From: Candidatus Uhrbacteria bacterium
Lineage (GTDB): Bacteria > Patescibacteriota > Patescibacteriia > JACPHY01
DNA length: 64,000 bases
Reading direction: 5' to 3'
Assembly: GCA_016188355.1 (NCBI GenBank)
Contig: JACPHY010000001.1
Location: forward strand, 38,125-102,124
This document shows positions 1-10,018 of this stretch, piece by piece. How positions within the stretch are numbered: position 1 is the first letter of the stretch; every line of letters begins with the position of its first letter. The notes beneath the pieces are model-generated. The model was not told the DNA's origin. It searched no databases and was given only the letters and a program-made list of their open reading frames with translations. A program made the translations under genes and the position numbers.

Positions 1-2
1 TC

Positions 3-80
3 CGCGAGCAGCGTGCCGCCATCATGCGCGGCGCGCGGAGTACCCCGGCGCAGATGCGGGAATGGTTTTCACGTTTTTGA
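3..80 (+). CDS. 3' end of an upstream gene (partial), possibly a glycosyltransferase
   Basis: Open frame from the window edge, REQRAAIMRGARSTPAQMREWFSRF*, ending TGA at 78-80. Context is a polysaccharide locus. Confidence 0.4.
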   Translation, partial: REQRAAIMRGARSTPAQMREWFSRF

Positions 81-136
81 GTTATGCTCCGGGTATGTCC
101 GTTGCCGTTGCCACAGCAGGCGTAGTGCTGCCTCGT

Positions 137-1000
137 ATGTCGACGACCACATGTTCGCCGCCCTGGGATGTGGTGGCGATCACGGTGAATTACCGCATGC
201 GCGATGAGGTGTTAGCGATGCTGCAGTCGCTCTACCGCGATTGCGCGGGGAGCGCGCTGCGCGTGCAGCCGGTGGTGGTGGACAATGCCTCGAATGATGG
301 CATTGCTCGTGCGGTGGCATCGCAGTTTCGCGGCATGCAACCAGAACCGATCGTCGTGCATGCTCCCCGGAATCTGGGGTTTGGGCGTGGAAATAATCTT
401 GCGCTGCGTCAATTTCGCGCACAGTATTACTTTCTCGTGAATCCTGATCTCCGATTTCTCGCATCGTCACCTGGAACCATTGCGCAGCTCCATGCCTTCA
501 TGGAAGCACGGTCAGAAATCGGAGCAGTGGCGCCGCGGCTCCAGCTGCCGGATGGATCCCTGCAGCCATCCTGCATGCGATTTCCGGAACTGATGGATCA
601 GCCGGTGCACCGACTGAATCTGCATCATCATTTTGCGTGGGCGCGGCGTCGCGTGGAGCGGCTCCACATGATGGATATCGATCACACGCAGACCCGCCCC
701 GTTGATTGGGCGACGGGTGCGGCGCTGCTCCTCCGCGCAGACGCTCTTCGGGATGTGGGGCACTTTGATGAGCGCTATTTCATGTATTTTGAGGATTGTG
801 ATCTCTGCCGCACCTGTTGGCATCGGGGGTGGCCGGTGTACTACAAGGGCGATATCGTGATTTCGCATGGGCATGCGCGATCCTCAGCAAAAATTCCCGG
901 ACTGCGGTCACTGCTCGTGAATCCGTTGACCCGAGCACATTTGAAGAGTTTGCTCCAATACGCCTGGAAGTGGCGCGGATCGCGGGTGGGTTGCTCGTGA
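137..1000 (+). CDS. Glycosyltransferase family 2 (WbbL/rhamnosyltransferase-like)
   Basis: Motifs VVVDNASND, NLGFGRGNN, LVNPD, DWATGAALLLR, FDERYFMYFEDCDLC. Start chosen at cgtATG 137; the ORF is open from 62. Confidence 0.9.
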   Translation: MSTTTCSPPWDVVAITVNYRMRDEVLAMLQSLYRDCAGSALRVQPVVVDNASNDGIARAVASQFRGMQPEPIVVHAPRNLGFGRGNNLALRQFRAQYYFLVNPDLRFLASSPGTIAQLHAFMEARSEIGAVAPRLQLPDGSLQPSCMRFPELMDQPVHRLNLHHHFAWARRRVERLHMMDIDHTQTRPVDWATGAALLLRADALRDVGHFDERYFMYFEDCDLCRTCWHRGWPVYYKGDIVISHGHARSSAKIPGLRSLLVNPLTRAHLKSLLQYAWKWRGSRVGCS

Positions 1001-1029
1001 GTCAGCGATATGCGAGCATAGAGGCGCAA

Positions 1030-1063
1030 TCCCTGGCGCGAAAGCGATTTTTGCAGAGGTCTC
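1030..1063. mobile_element. Right-end fragment of the 162-bp MITE-like repeat
   Basis: TCCCTGGCGCGAAAGCGATTTTTGCAGAGGTCTC matches the right ends of the copies at 12677-12838 and 59370-59531. Confidence 0.8.
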
Positions 1064-1064
1064 T

Positions 1065-2228
1065 ATGCGAAAGGCACTCATCACTGCCGGAGGTCGTGCG
1101 ACGCGTCTCCGCCCGATCACGCACACGATGAATAAGCACCTCATCCCACTTGCGGGGAAGCCGATGATCGTGCATGTCATTGAGAAAATCGTCGAGGCGG
1201 GTATCACGGAGATCATTGTGAATGTGAATCCGGGCGATCGTGAGCTGCCCAAATTGCTCGGCGATGGGGGCCGGTGGGGCGCTTCGGTGCGGTGCGTGGA
1301 GCAAACGGGCGGCCCGCTGGGGCTTGGGCACATCCTCCGTGTAGCGGAACCGTATATCGGGGCAGAGCCGTTCCTCTTTTATTTGGGGGACAACATCATC
1401 CTCGGGAGCATTCGTCGGTTCGTGGAACGGTTCCGCGCCGAGCGGTTGGATTGTTTGCTCGCGCTTGCCCGCGTGCCCGATCCGCAGCGGTTCGGGGTAC
1501 CCGAATTACGTGACGGGCGTATTGTGCGGGTGGAGGAAAAACCGAGCGCACCGAAGAGCCCGTATGCGGTGACGGGGATCTACCTCTATCAGCCCGTGGT
1601 CTTTGATGCGGCGCGCGCGATTACGCCGTCCGCACGCGGGGAATTGGAGATTTCCGACGTGCATACGTGGCTCATTGAACGCGGCCACGCGGTTGGGTAC
1701 GAAGAGATAACGGGGTGGTGGAAGGACACGGGCAAACCGCAAGACCTCCTCGAGGGCAATCAGCTGCTCCTCGGTGAGCCATCGTTTCAATCGTCCATTG
1801 GCGACGCCAGCATTGCGGAGGGCGCCGTACTGCAGGGTCGTGTGCGGTTGGGTGCGGGAACGCGCATTGAGGGGCGATCCCTGATTCGCGGCCCCGTGGT
1901 CATTGGTGCGCGTTGCGTGATTCGTGACAGCTACATTGGGCCCTACACCACGATTGGCGATGAGGTGACGGTGATCGACACCGAAGTGGAGCACGCGATC
2001 GTTTTTGACGGCGCGCAGATTACCGCAGGGCGCCGTGTGGTCGATAGCATCATTGGCACGCAGGCATGCGCGTGCTCATCCTGGGGGGATCAGGGATGCT
2101 GGGTGGATACCTGCGCCGTGCGTTTGCCGATGCGGAGGTGCTCGCATGGGGACGGGCGGAGTGCGATGTCACGGATTGCGCTACGATCGCGCCGCTCATC
2201 GCGGCCGCACGGCCGGATGTGGTGGTAA
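1065..2228 (+). CDS. rmlA: Glucose-1-phosphate thymidylyltransferase, long form; C-terminus aberrant
   Basis: KALITAGGRATRLRPITHTMNKHLIPLAGKP, YLGDN, PSARGELEISD, WWKDTGKP and a hexapeptide-like tail. Family-like sequence ends near 2065, where rmlD starts. Confidence 0.88.
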   Translation: MRKALITAGGRATRLRPITHTMNKHLIPLAGKPMIVHVIEKIVEAGITEIIVNVNPGDRELPKLLGDGGRWGASVRCVEQTGGPLGLGHILRVAEPYIGAEPFLFYLGDNIILGSIRRFVERFRAERLDCLLALARVPDPQRFGVPELRDGRIVRVEEKPSAPKSPYAVTGIYLYQPVVFDAARAITPSARGELEISDVHTWLIERGHAVGYEEITGWWKDTGKPQDLLEGNQLLLGEPSFQSSIGDASIAEGAVLQGRVRLGAGTRIEGRSLIRGPVVIGARCVIRDSYIGPYTTIGDEVTVIDTEVEHAIVFDGAQITAGRRVVDSIIGTQACACSSWGDQGCWVDTCAVRLPMRRCSHGDGRSAMSRIALRSRRSSRPHGRMWW

Positions 2229-2956
2229 ATGCGACCGGCTATACGGCCGTAGATCGCGCAGAGGGAGATCGGCAGGGTGCGGAGCTCCTGAATGCGGTGG
2301 CCGTGGCTGCACTGGCGGAGGCGAGTGCGATGGTGGGTGCGGTATTTGTGCACTGTTCGACGGATTACGTATTCGACGGGACACGATCACAGGGATGGGG
2401 TGAGCACGATACGCCGAATCCGTTGAGTGTCTACGGGTGTTCTAAATTACGCGGAGAGGAACAGGTGCAGTCCATTGCGGAACAGTATCCGGGATGGCGA
2501 TGGTACATCGTCCGAACGTCGCGGCTCTTCGGCGATCCTGGTCGTTCGGAATCGGCGAAGCGTCCCTTTCTTGCATCGATTTTCGCGCGAGCGGAAACGC
2601 AGGATCGCATCGAAGTGATAGATGCGGATATGGCGTCGCCGACGTATGTTGACGATCTCGCGCGTGCCATTGCGGAGCTCGTGTTAGCGCGCGTCGCTTC
2701 GGGCATCTACCATCGGACGAACGACGGTGCCTGTACGTGGTATGGATTCGCGCGATCGGCATTGGCGCGGGTGGGGTGGAAGGGGGTTGTACTGCCGATT
2801 CCTCCGAGCCAATACGCACGACCCGCACCGCGTCCTGCGTATTCCGTGCTGCGTACGACGAAACTGCCGCCCCTGCGGCCCTGGGAATCCGCGTTGCAGG
2901 AATACCTCGCCATGAGTCCATCTGCCCTGCAGCTTCGGAGTCTTCAAGTCCGGTGA
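2066..2956 (+). CDS. rmlD: dTDP-4-dehydrorhamnose reductase
   Basis: GGSGMLG, GYTAVDRAE, STDYVFDG, YGCSKLRGE, SPTYVDDLA, RPAPRPAYSVL. Confidence 0.93.
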   Translation: MRVLILGGSGMLGGYLRRAFADAEVLAWGRAECDVTDCATIAPLIAAARPDVVVNATGYTAVDRAEGDRQGAELLNAVAVAALAEASAMVGAVFVHCSTDYVFDGTRSQGWGEHDTPNPLSVYGCSKLRGEEQVQSIAEQYPGWRWYIVRTSRLFGDPGRSESAKRPFLASIFARAETQDRIEVIDADMASPTYVDDLARAIAELVLARVASGIYHRTNDGACTWYGFARSALARVGWKGVVLPIPPSQYARPAPRPAYSVLRTTKLPPLRPWESALQEYLAMSPSALQLRSLQVR

Positions 2957-4300
2957 TCACTGGAGCGGCAAGATCCACAGCCCCGCGGTGGTACCGCGAC
3001 GACCGGAAATGAGGAGCGCGGTGCCATGGGCTTGTACGGTGATATGGTGGATCACGTCGAATGCAGCGAGCGGAATGGTGATGGGGCGATCGGGTTCGCT
3101 GGTACGGGTGGCGGCGATATCGCGTCCAGTCGCAAAGAACACGTAGGGTGCGGATGGATGCCAAATGGCGTCCACGATCGGCGTTTCTCGTCGCGCGAGG
3201 AGCGCGGGAGGATTGGGGTCGTGCGTCGCCCAGAGCTCGAATGGATTGGTCCACCAAATTTCCCCTGCATGCTCTGGATGGAGACGAGAGAGGAGATGGG
3301 GTTGTGTGCGGGAGGTGCCAGTACGGAGATCAATGGTGATGCGTTGCGCTGGACCTTCGGCGTGCAGCTCGACCGTACGATCCGTCGCCTTCGTGATGGC
3401 GGTGATACGGGTGCGGGGCGGCAATGCCGCGATCGGTTGTGGAGCATCGCCATTGAGCGGCCATGCGTGGACTGTGGCATCCGCTACGGTGTACATCGTG
3501 GTGCGGGTGGCGCCAAATGGAGTGGTGGGCGCAGGAACGGGGAGCGCGGTCGCTCGTCCGGTGGTGCGATGGATGCGATACAGGGTGCGGTTGCTCACCG
3601 CAAGAATGCCGAGGGTGTCGCCGAGTTCCCACTGGATGATCGATGGGAATGCGGGGAGGCTCGCGTGGAGCGTGACGACCCGTTGCGGGTCGGCGGGGTT
3701 GATGAGCAATGCCGTCGTTGGGGTCGTCACCAGCACGAGTGCGCCGGTGGGTGACCAGGTGGTGGTCAGTGGTGCGCGTGGGAGCTCCGGGTGCGCGGGC
3801 TGTGGAGTACGGAGCACGATGCGGCTCTCGAGGGTGCGGAGATCGAGCATCCAGAGCTCGGTGAAGCTCGGGGTATATCGGAGGAATGATGCCCAGCGTT
3901 GGTCCGCGCTCGTCGAGAGTGCCGTGACGTCCCCCGATTGGAGGAGCAGGGGTGCGGTGTCGCGGATGAGGAGCATGTCTCGAAGGAAGGATGCTCTTCC
4001 GTTCGTGACCGTGACCCGCTCCTCAATGGGGTGAAATCCTTCCCGTTCGACGCGGACGGTATAGGTGTTCGCTCCGATGCCACCAATATGGGCAGGGAGA
4101 CGTTGTGCGCGAATGGATCCATTGATGCGCACAATGGCATCAGTGGGAGTGCCATCGATCACCAGGAGGCCGGTCGTTTCGAGACGCCGCTTTCCCGGGT
4201 GATACCGGTATCCCATGCTGTAGAGTGCAAGCATGGGCGCGACAACCAAAAAGAGTACAATGAAGGCGAAATAGATGGTGCGACGAATCCAGAGTGGCAC
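2957..4300 (-). CDS. Membrane-anchored PEGA-domain protein with probable beta-propeller
   Basis: N-terminal TM plus GYRY, then TGLLVIDGTPTDAIVRING and YTVRVEREGF (PEGA-like), then WSPTG/WHPS blade-like motifs. GTG start. Confidence 0.75.
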   Translation of the reverse strand: MPLWIRRTIYFAFIVLFLVVAPMLALYSMGYRYHPGKRRLETTGLLVIDGTPTDAIVRINGSIRAQRLPAHIGGIGANTYTVRVEREGFHPIEERVTVTNGRASFLRDMLLIRDTAPLLLQSGDVTALSTSADQRWASFLRYTPSFTELWMLDLRTLESRIVLRTPQPAHPELPRAPLTTTWSPTGALVLVTTPTTALLINPADPQRVVTLHASLPAFPSIIQWELGDTLGILAVSNRTLYRIHRTTGRATALPVPAPTTPFGATRTTMYTVADATVHAWPLNGDAPQPIAALPPRTRITAITKATDRTVELHAEGPAQRITIDLRTGTSRTQPHLLSRLHPEHAGEIWWTNPFELWATHDPNPPALLARRETPIVDAIWHPSAPYVFFATGRDIAATRTSEPDRPITIPLAAFDVIHHITVQAHGTALLISGRRGTTAGLWILPLQ

Positions 4301-4339
4301 AAATGAATGACGGAAGAGTGTATCTTCAGCTTACCTTAC

Positions 4340-5668
4340 ATGCGTTTTCTCATCGATGGCCCTACTACAATTCACGGTAGCATTTCGGTCGCGGGGGCGA
4401 AGAATGCGGCGCTCCCGTTTCTTGCGGCATCCATTCTCCTGGATGCGCCGTTGGAAGTGCATCGGGTACCGATGATTGAGGATGTGCACCGCATGCTCGA
4501 GATCGCGCATCGGCTTGGAATAGCGATTGATGCGGTCGCTCCTGGTGTCTATCGGCTTACTGCTGCTGGATGTACGACGAGCGAGCTTCCTGCAGACCTG
4601 ACCCCGAAGCTGCGCGCGGCAATTATTTTTACGGGACCGCTGCTCGCGCGTTGGGGATCGACGGTGCTCCCGCAGCCCGGAGGATGCACGATTGGTCAGC
4701 GTCCGATCGATCTTTTTTTAGATGGATTCCGCGCATTCGGAGTAACCGTCACCGAGGAGGCGGCAGGGACTCGATTTACGGGGAAGCCGCGATCGGCACG
4801 ATACGTATTTCCGTTGGTGAGCGTGACCGGTACCGAGACGCTGCTCTTGCTCGCCGTGCGAACGCCCGGAGTTTCGGTGCTCGAGAATGCGGCCATGGAA
4901 CCCGAGGTGACCGCACTGGCGCAATTGCTCCAATCCTGCGGCGCGCATATCGAAGGGATCGGCACGCCCACGCTGGTGATTCGCGGCGTGGAGCATCTTT
5001 CGGGTGGGGTGGTGACCTGTATTCCGGATCGCATTGAGACGGGTGCGTTCGCGGCGCTGGTCGCCGCATGCGGCGGGTCGCTCGAAATTCGTGATTGTGA
5101 TCCCACGCAAATAGCGGTTCCCCTCAAACTCCTCGAGGACATGGGGGCAACCATTGCGACCGATGCCACTGCCGGAGTCATCCGCATCAGCGCGCAACTG
5201 CCGTTGCGTGCGATTTCCATTCGGACCCATGAATACCCGGGATTGCCGACGGATCTGCAGCCGCCGTTCACGGTCGCACTCACCCAGGCGAGTGGGCTGG
5301 CGTTGGTGCATGAAACGATTTACGAGGGTCGTCTGTTCTACGTTGATAAATTGAACAAGATGGGGGCGAATATTACCTTATGCGATCCGCATCGTTGCCT
5401 CGTGGCGGGGCCTCGTCCGCTGCACGGTGCGCGTCTCGAATCGCCGGATATCCGTGCTGGTATCGCGCTCCTCATTGCTGCCGCATGCGCGACTGGTCGG
5501 AGCGTCATTGAAAACGTGTACCAAATTGATCGAGGGTTTGAGCGCATTGAGGAGCGCCTTCGGGATATCGGGGTGCGTATTCAGCGAGAAGAAGAGGGGG
5601 CACACCAGCCTAGTGCGCCCATCGCACTGCCTGATTCTCGATCGCCGCAGGGGGTGGTAGGCTACTAG
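4340..5668 (+). CDS. murA: UDP-N-acetylglucosamine 1-carboxyvinyltransferase
   Basis: GAKNAALP, PGGCTIGQRPID (catalytic Cys loop), SVTGTE, NAAMEPEV, PDRIETG, YPGLPTDLQ, DIRAG, IDRGFE. Confidence 0.96.
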   Translation: MRFLIDGPTTIHGSISVAGAKNAALPFLAASILLDAPLEVHRVPMIEDVHRMLEIAHRLGIAIDAVAPGVYRLTAAGCTTSELPADLTPKLRAAIIFTGPLLARWGSTVLPQPGGCTIGQRPIDLFLDGFRAFGVTVTEEAAGTRFTGKPRSARYVFPLVSVTGTETLLLLAVRTPGVSVLENAAMEPEVTALAQLLQSCGAHIEGIGTPTLVIRGVEHLSGGVVTCIPDRIETGAFAALVAACGGSLEIRDCDPTQIAVPLKLLEDMGATIATDATAGVIRISAQLPLRAISIRTHEYPGLPTDLQPPFTVALTQASGLALVHETIYEGRLFYVDKLNKMGANITLCDPHRCLVAGPRPLHGARLESPDIRAGIALLIAAACATGRSVIENVYQIDRGFERIEERLRDIGVRIQREEEGAHQPSAPIALPDSRSPQGVVGY

Positions 5669-5680
5669 GGAGCTCCACAT

Positions 5681-6934
5681 ATGTTCGCGCGTGCGCCTCG
5701 ACGATTCCTTGCGGCTTTGGCGCTGGTTGCATTAGCAACCGGTAGCTTTGTTGCGGGATATGTCGTTCGGGAGCGCGAACAGGCGGGTGGGCGGGATCGC
5801 TCGGGCGAGATGCGGGTCGTGAACCGGGACGCGTTGCGTCCACCGCAGGTGCGGCAGCTTGATTTTCAGCTGTTTTGGGATCTCTGGACGTTGATTGATC
5901 GTGATTATCTCCGACAACCCGTGACGGATGATCGGCTGCTCTACGGCGCGCTCGCAGGCATGGTGGAGCATCTGGATGACCCCTACTCTGCATTTTTTGA
6001 TCCGGAGCACGCAAAATTATTCCGTCAGGATCTCGTGGGTCAGCTCGAGGGTATCGGGGCGGAAATTGGGATTAAGGAAAAACAATTGACGGTGATTGCT
6101 CCGCTCCCCGGCAGCCCCGCAGAACGCGCGGGTCTCCGGTCAGGAGATGTGATTCTCGCGATCGATGGTACTCCGACCACCAATTTGACGCTCGAGGAGG
6201 CGGTGGCACGGATTCGCGGATCCAAGGGATCCTCCGTGATACTCCTCATCCGTTCCCATGCGCAACGAGTGCCTCGTGAGGTGACCATCGTGCGTGATGT
6301 GGTGCACATCCAGAGCGTGGCGCATCGCACGATGACGCGGAACGGAAAAACGATTGGCGTGGTGACGATCGCGCAATTCAATGCGGATGCTGTCGAACGT
6401 CTCGACACGGCGGTACGCGAGCTGCTCGCGGCCAATGTGCACGGTATTGTTTTGGATTTGCGTAATAATCCAGGTGGATTTCTTCAGGCGTCGGTCGATA
6501 TTGCGGGCGAGTGGGTGGATCGCCGTGTTGTCGTCCGCGAACGCACGAATGATGGGAAAATCACCGAACATCGTTCCTCGGGCATTGCGCGCCTTGTCGC
6601 GATGCCGACGGTGGTATTGGTGAATCGGGGAACTGCATCGGCAGCGGAAATTCTCGCCGGAGCGCTGCAGGATTACACGCTCGCGGAAATTATCGGAGAA
6701 CGGACGTTCGGGAAGGGGACGGTACAGCACCTTGCCAATCTCCGCGATGGTTCTGCGGTGAAGCTGACGATTGCGGAATGGCTCACGCCGAGTGGTCGAT
6801 CGATCGAGCGCGATGGTGTGGTTCCGGACACCGCAGTGGCGATTCCTGACGGCACCGATCTCACGAAGCGAGACCCGCAAATGGATGCGGCGCTGACTGC
6901 GCTTGATGCCCGCATGCGTGGCGGTGATCGGTAG
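5681..6934 (+). CDS. C-terminal processing protease, S41 family (PDZ + protease)
   Basis: [45 protein letters not shown]. Confidence 0.93.
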   Translation: MFARAPRRFLAALALVALATGSFVAGYVVREREQAGGRDRSGEMRVVNRDALRPPQVRQLDFQLFWDLWTLIDRDYLRQPVTDDRLLYGALAGMVEHLDDPYSAFFDPEHAKLFRQDLVGQLEGIGAEIGIKEKQLTVIAPLPGSPAERAGLRSGDVILAIDGTPTTNLTLEEAVARIRGSKGSSVILLIRSHAQRVPREVTIVRDVVHIQSVAHRTMTRNGKTIGVVTIAQFNADAVERLDTAVRELLAANVHGIVLDLRNNPGGFLQASVDIAGEWVDRRVVVRERTNDGKITEHRSSGIARLVAMPTVVLVNRGTASAAEILAGALQDYTLAEIIGERTFGKGTVQHLANLRDGSAVKLTIAEWLTPSGRSIERDGVVPDTAVAIPDGTDLTKRDPQMDAALTALDARMRGGDR

Positions 6935-6939
6935 CGTAT

Positions 6940-7383
6940 ATGCAGGTCATTCTGCTCCGTAATGTCGCAGGTGTCGGTAGTGAGGGAGAGACGCATGATG
7001 TTGCCGAAGGATATGCGCGGAATTTTCTCTTCCCGCAACATTTAGCGGTTCCGGCAACTCCTGCGGCGCAGCAACAGGTTGCCGCGCGCGCAGCGGCAGA
7101 GCGACGTCAGGCAGAGCGGGAATTGCAGGAGCTCCAAAAGCTCGCGGCGGCGTTGGATGGATTCGAGCTCGTCATGTCCGTTCCCGCGACCGGCGCGGGA
7201 AAACTGTACGGTGGCATTGGGGCTGCTGCATTGGTGACGGCATTGGCTCGTGCGGGATTTACGGTGGATCCCGAGTGGGTGCTGCTTCCAGAGCCCATGA
7301 AAGAAGCGGGTGAGCATGTGGTCCGTTTGCATTTGCCACATGGGTTGGAGGCCGAGGTGACGGTGGTGGTGGATGGGGAGTAA
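6940..7383 (+). CDS. rplI: 50S ribosomal protein L9
   Basis: [32 protein letters not shown]. Confidence 0.95.
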   Translation: MQVILLRNVAGVGSEGETHDVAEGYARNFLFPQHLAVPATPAAQQQVAARAAAERRQAERELQELQKLAAALDGFELVMSVPATGAGKLYGGIGAAALVTALARAGFTVDPEWVLLPEPMKEAGEHVVRLHLPHGLEAEVTVVVDGE

Positions 7384-7437
7384 TGGCGGCGTGTTTCCCG
7401 AGGATCTGCGGGTGTGGACATGTGGCCAAGGATCCCT

Positions 7438-7522
7438 TGCTACGATGCATACAGGGTGGGATGTGTGTGGCGAGTTGTTTGCGGTATGACCTCCGGTCCC
7501 TGTGACAGCGGGCGTCTTTTTT
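7438..7522 (+). promoter_or_regulatory. Candidate pyrG promoter and leader attenuator
   Basis: TGCTACGAT at 7438-7446 and a G-rich putative transcript start. An imperfect hairpin at 7488-7516 is followed by T6 at 7517-7522, upstream of the pyrG ATG. Confidence 0.4.
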
Positions 7523-7562
7523 ATGTGTCCGCATCAAGAGGAGTGGGTTGGATGAGGGTGGT

Positions 7563-9233
7563 ATGACGAAATACATCTTTGTCGTTGGCGGAGTCATGTC
7601 GGGTGTGGGGAAGGGGACGGTCACGGCGTCGCTGGGAACAGTGCTCCAGGGGAAGGGATTCCGGGTGACCGCGATGAAAATCGATCCCTACGTCAATGTG
7701 GATGCGGGGACCATGAATCCCATCGAACATGGGGAAGTGTTCGTGACGGATGATGGTGATGAAACTGATCAGGACATCGGATCGTACGAGCGGTTTCTCG
7801 GACAATCGCTCGGGAAGGTGAACTACATGACGACGGGGCGCGTGTATCAAACCGTGATCGCGCGTGAGCGGAATCTCGAATACGAGGGACGGTGCGTTGA
7901 GGTCGTGCCGCACATCCCCGAGGAGGTCATTCGGCGCATTGATGCGTGCGCGGCGACGCGTGACGCGGAGATCGTGCTCATTGAAGTGGGGGGGACGGTG
8001 GGTGAATATCAGAATGTGCTGTTTTTGGAAGCGGCACGACTCCTGAAGTTGGAACGACCCAAAGATGTCGTGGTGATGCTCGTCTCCTATCTCCCGGTAC
8101 CAGGGCATATCGGTGAGATGAAAACAAAACCAACGCAACACGCGACGCATCTCCTCCAAGCGGCGGGGATTCAGCCGGATTTTATTGTGGCGCGCGGTGA
8201 GCGCGAGTTGGATGCACCGCGACGACGGAAGCTCTCCATGTTCTGTAACGTCGGGCCTGATGATGTGATCGCAGCTCCCGATGTGGCATCGACGTACGAG
8301 GTGCCGATCAATTTTGACCGGGAGGGGGTTGGTGATCGGGTGTTGCGCAAGTTGGGGCTTCGGCCGCGACAGCGGGATCTCTCGGCCTGGAAGGGACTGC
8401 TCGATCGCATCGCCACCGCAACTGATGAGGTCCATATTGCGGTTGCGGGGAAGTATTTTTCTACTGGGAATTTCGTCCTCTCCGATGTGTACCTTTCCGT
8501 GATCGAAGCGATTCGCCATGCGGCATGGGCGGAGGGGAAAAAACCGGTGCTCACGTGGTTGAATACGGAAGTGTACGAACAAGATGCGACGGCGCTTGCG
8601 GAATTGGATGCGTTCGACGGCGTCATTATTCCTGGGGGATTTGGCTCGCGTGGCGTTGATGGGAAAATTCGCGCGATCCAGTATCTTCGTGAACATCGCA
8701 TTCCGTACCTGGGATTGTGCTATGGCATGCAGCTCGCCTGTGTGGAGTTCGCGCGCAATGTGCTGCAGCTCCGCGGAGCACACACCACGGAAATTGATGC
8801 GGACACGAAGTACCCGGTGATTGCGCCCATGACCGATCAGATTGCGAAACTCAAGGCGGCGGCATTTGGCGGGACGATGCGGCTTGGTGCCTATGCGTGT
8901 CGGGTGCAACGGAAGACGATCGCGGCAAGTGCCTACGCAGGAACTCCTGTCGTGCAGCGCTCGTACGCGAATGGCGACCTGGTCATCGCGGAGCGTCATC
9001 GCCATCGGTACGAATTCAATAACGCATTTCGAAAGCAATTTGTGGCGGGCGGGCTGGTCATCGCCGGGGTCCATCCTGAGCGTGATCTTGTGGAGATCAT
9101 TGAGCTACCGAAAACGGTGCACCCATTCTTTGTGGGAGTGCAATACCATCCGGAGCTTATCAGTCGACCATTGCAGCCGCACCCACTCTTTGTCGCGTTC
9201 ATACGTGCGGCGGGTGCGCGAACCACATCGTGA
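7563..9233 (+). CDS. pyrG: CTP synthase
   Basis: KYIFVVGGVMSGVGKG, KIDPYVNVDAGTMNPIEHGEVFVT, KTKPTQ, PGGFG, GLCYGMQ, ERHRHRYE, QYHPE. Confidence 0.97.
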   Translation: MTKYIFVVGGVMSGVGKGTVTASLGTVLQGKGFRVTAMKIDPYVNVDAGTMNPIEHGEVFVTDDGDETDQDIGSYERFLGQSLGKVNYMTTGRVYQTVIARERNLEYEGRCVEVVPHIPEEVIRRIDACAATRDAEIVLIEVGGTVGEYQNVLFLEAARLLKLERPKDVVVMLVSYLPVPGHIGEMKTKPTQHATHLLQAAGIQPDFIVARGERELDAPRRRKLSMFCNVGPDDVIAAPDVASTYEVPINFDREGVGDRVLRKLGLRPRQRDLSAWKGLLDRIATATDEVHIAVAGKYFSTGNFVLSDVYLSVIEAIRHAAWAEGKKPVLTWLNTEVYEQDATALAELDAFDGVIIPGGFGSRGVDGKIRAIQYLREHRIPYLGLCYGMQLACVEFARNVLQLRGAHTTEIDADTKYPVIAPMTDQIAKLKAAAFGGTMRLGAYACRVQRKTIAASAYAGTPVVQRSYANGDLVIAERHRHRYEFNNAFRKQFVAGGLVIAGVHPERDLVEIIELPKTVHPFFVGVQYHPELISRPLQPHPLFVAFIRAAGARTTS

Positions 9234-9321
9234 TTTGGTGTGGTCGCACGAAGGTGATGACATCGTACGCACCCGCCCTCCATGGAGGGCGGGTGCGTGA
9301 TGCTGGAGTAACGGAGTCCGC

Positions 9322-9615
9322 TTATGCGGCGCGTTCGGTTGCGGGGACGACCGAGATGATGCTGCGGAGGTTCCGGGTGCCGTTGAAACCAATTTTTGTG
9401 CGAGTCGTGAATCGGACGATGCCATCGGCTATGGCGAAGAGCGTGTCATCGCTCCCCATGGCCACGTTCGTTCCTGCGCGGAATTTGGTGCCGCGCTGGC
9501 GAATGATAATACCTCCGGCGCGAATGGATTCGCCGTCATTCACCTTCACGCCGAGGCGTTGTCCGTGTGAGTCGCGTCCAAGACTGGTAGAGCCGCCTGC
9601 CTTTTTATGTGCCAT
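9322..9615 (-). CDS. rpmA: 50S ribosomal protein L27
   Basis: [40 protein letters not shown]. Confidence 0.97.
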   Translation of the reverse strand: MAHKKAGGSTSLGRDSHGQRLGVKVNDGESIRAGGIIIRQRGTKFRAGTNVAMGSDDTLFAIADGIVRFTTRTKIGFNGTRNLRSIISVVPATERAA

Positions 9616-9832
9616 ACTATTGCGTGCGCGTCCTCCCGCTGCCGATCGGCGTTCGGGAATGTCTGGGGCCGGCGGGGGTGGAATTTGCCGGCGGTACCGC
9701 GCTCAATTGCGATGAGGGTATTGCATCATGGGATGGGATAACCGTCAAGTCATGCGGGGGACGGCGTACCCAAACACGTGACCATTGTGGTACGCTCTCC
9801 TCTGAGGTGCGTTGTCGCACCTGTTTCTGTAT

Positions 9833-10007
9833 TAGACCTGTTGCCCAATAGGTTTCGTCGCGAAATCTGCAGCGTTCGAATGGGAGGGATCCCTCGGCAG
9901 TCCTCGGGATAAACTCCAGAAGAGCAGGGCTCTTTTGAGTATTTTTTTGAAGCGTTGCAGCCGAACGCTGCAGATTGCAGCAGAAAACCTATTGGGCAAC
10001 AGGTCTA
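9833..10007. mobile_element. 175-bp MITE-like element with long terminal inverted repeats
   Basis: Perfect 23-bp IR TAGACCTGTTGCCCAATAGGTTT / AAACCTATTGGGCAACAGGTCTA plus an inner 15-bp IR AATCTGCAGCGTTCG / CGAACGCTGCAGATT. No transposase. Confidence 0.75.
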
Positions 10008-10018
10008 TTGGTGATCAT

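Noticed and set aside
7521-9074. Long antisense ORFs (also 21498-22925, 28694-30013, 51268-52728, 56104-57612, 57512-59068)
   Set aside because: They shadow well-identified genes on the other strand, as expected in GC-rich DNA, and show no family motifs.
9616-9832. tmRNA, RNase P or SRP RNA in the rpmA upstream gap
   Set aside because: No recognisable conserved motifs (tRNA-like ends, GAGGAAAGUCC, SRP loop); only a promoter-like motif and a small hairpin.
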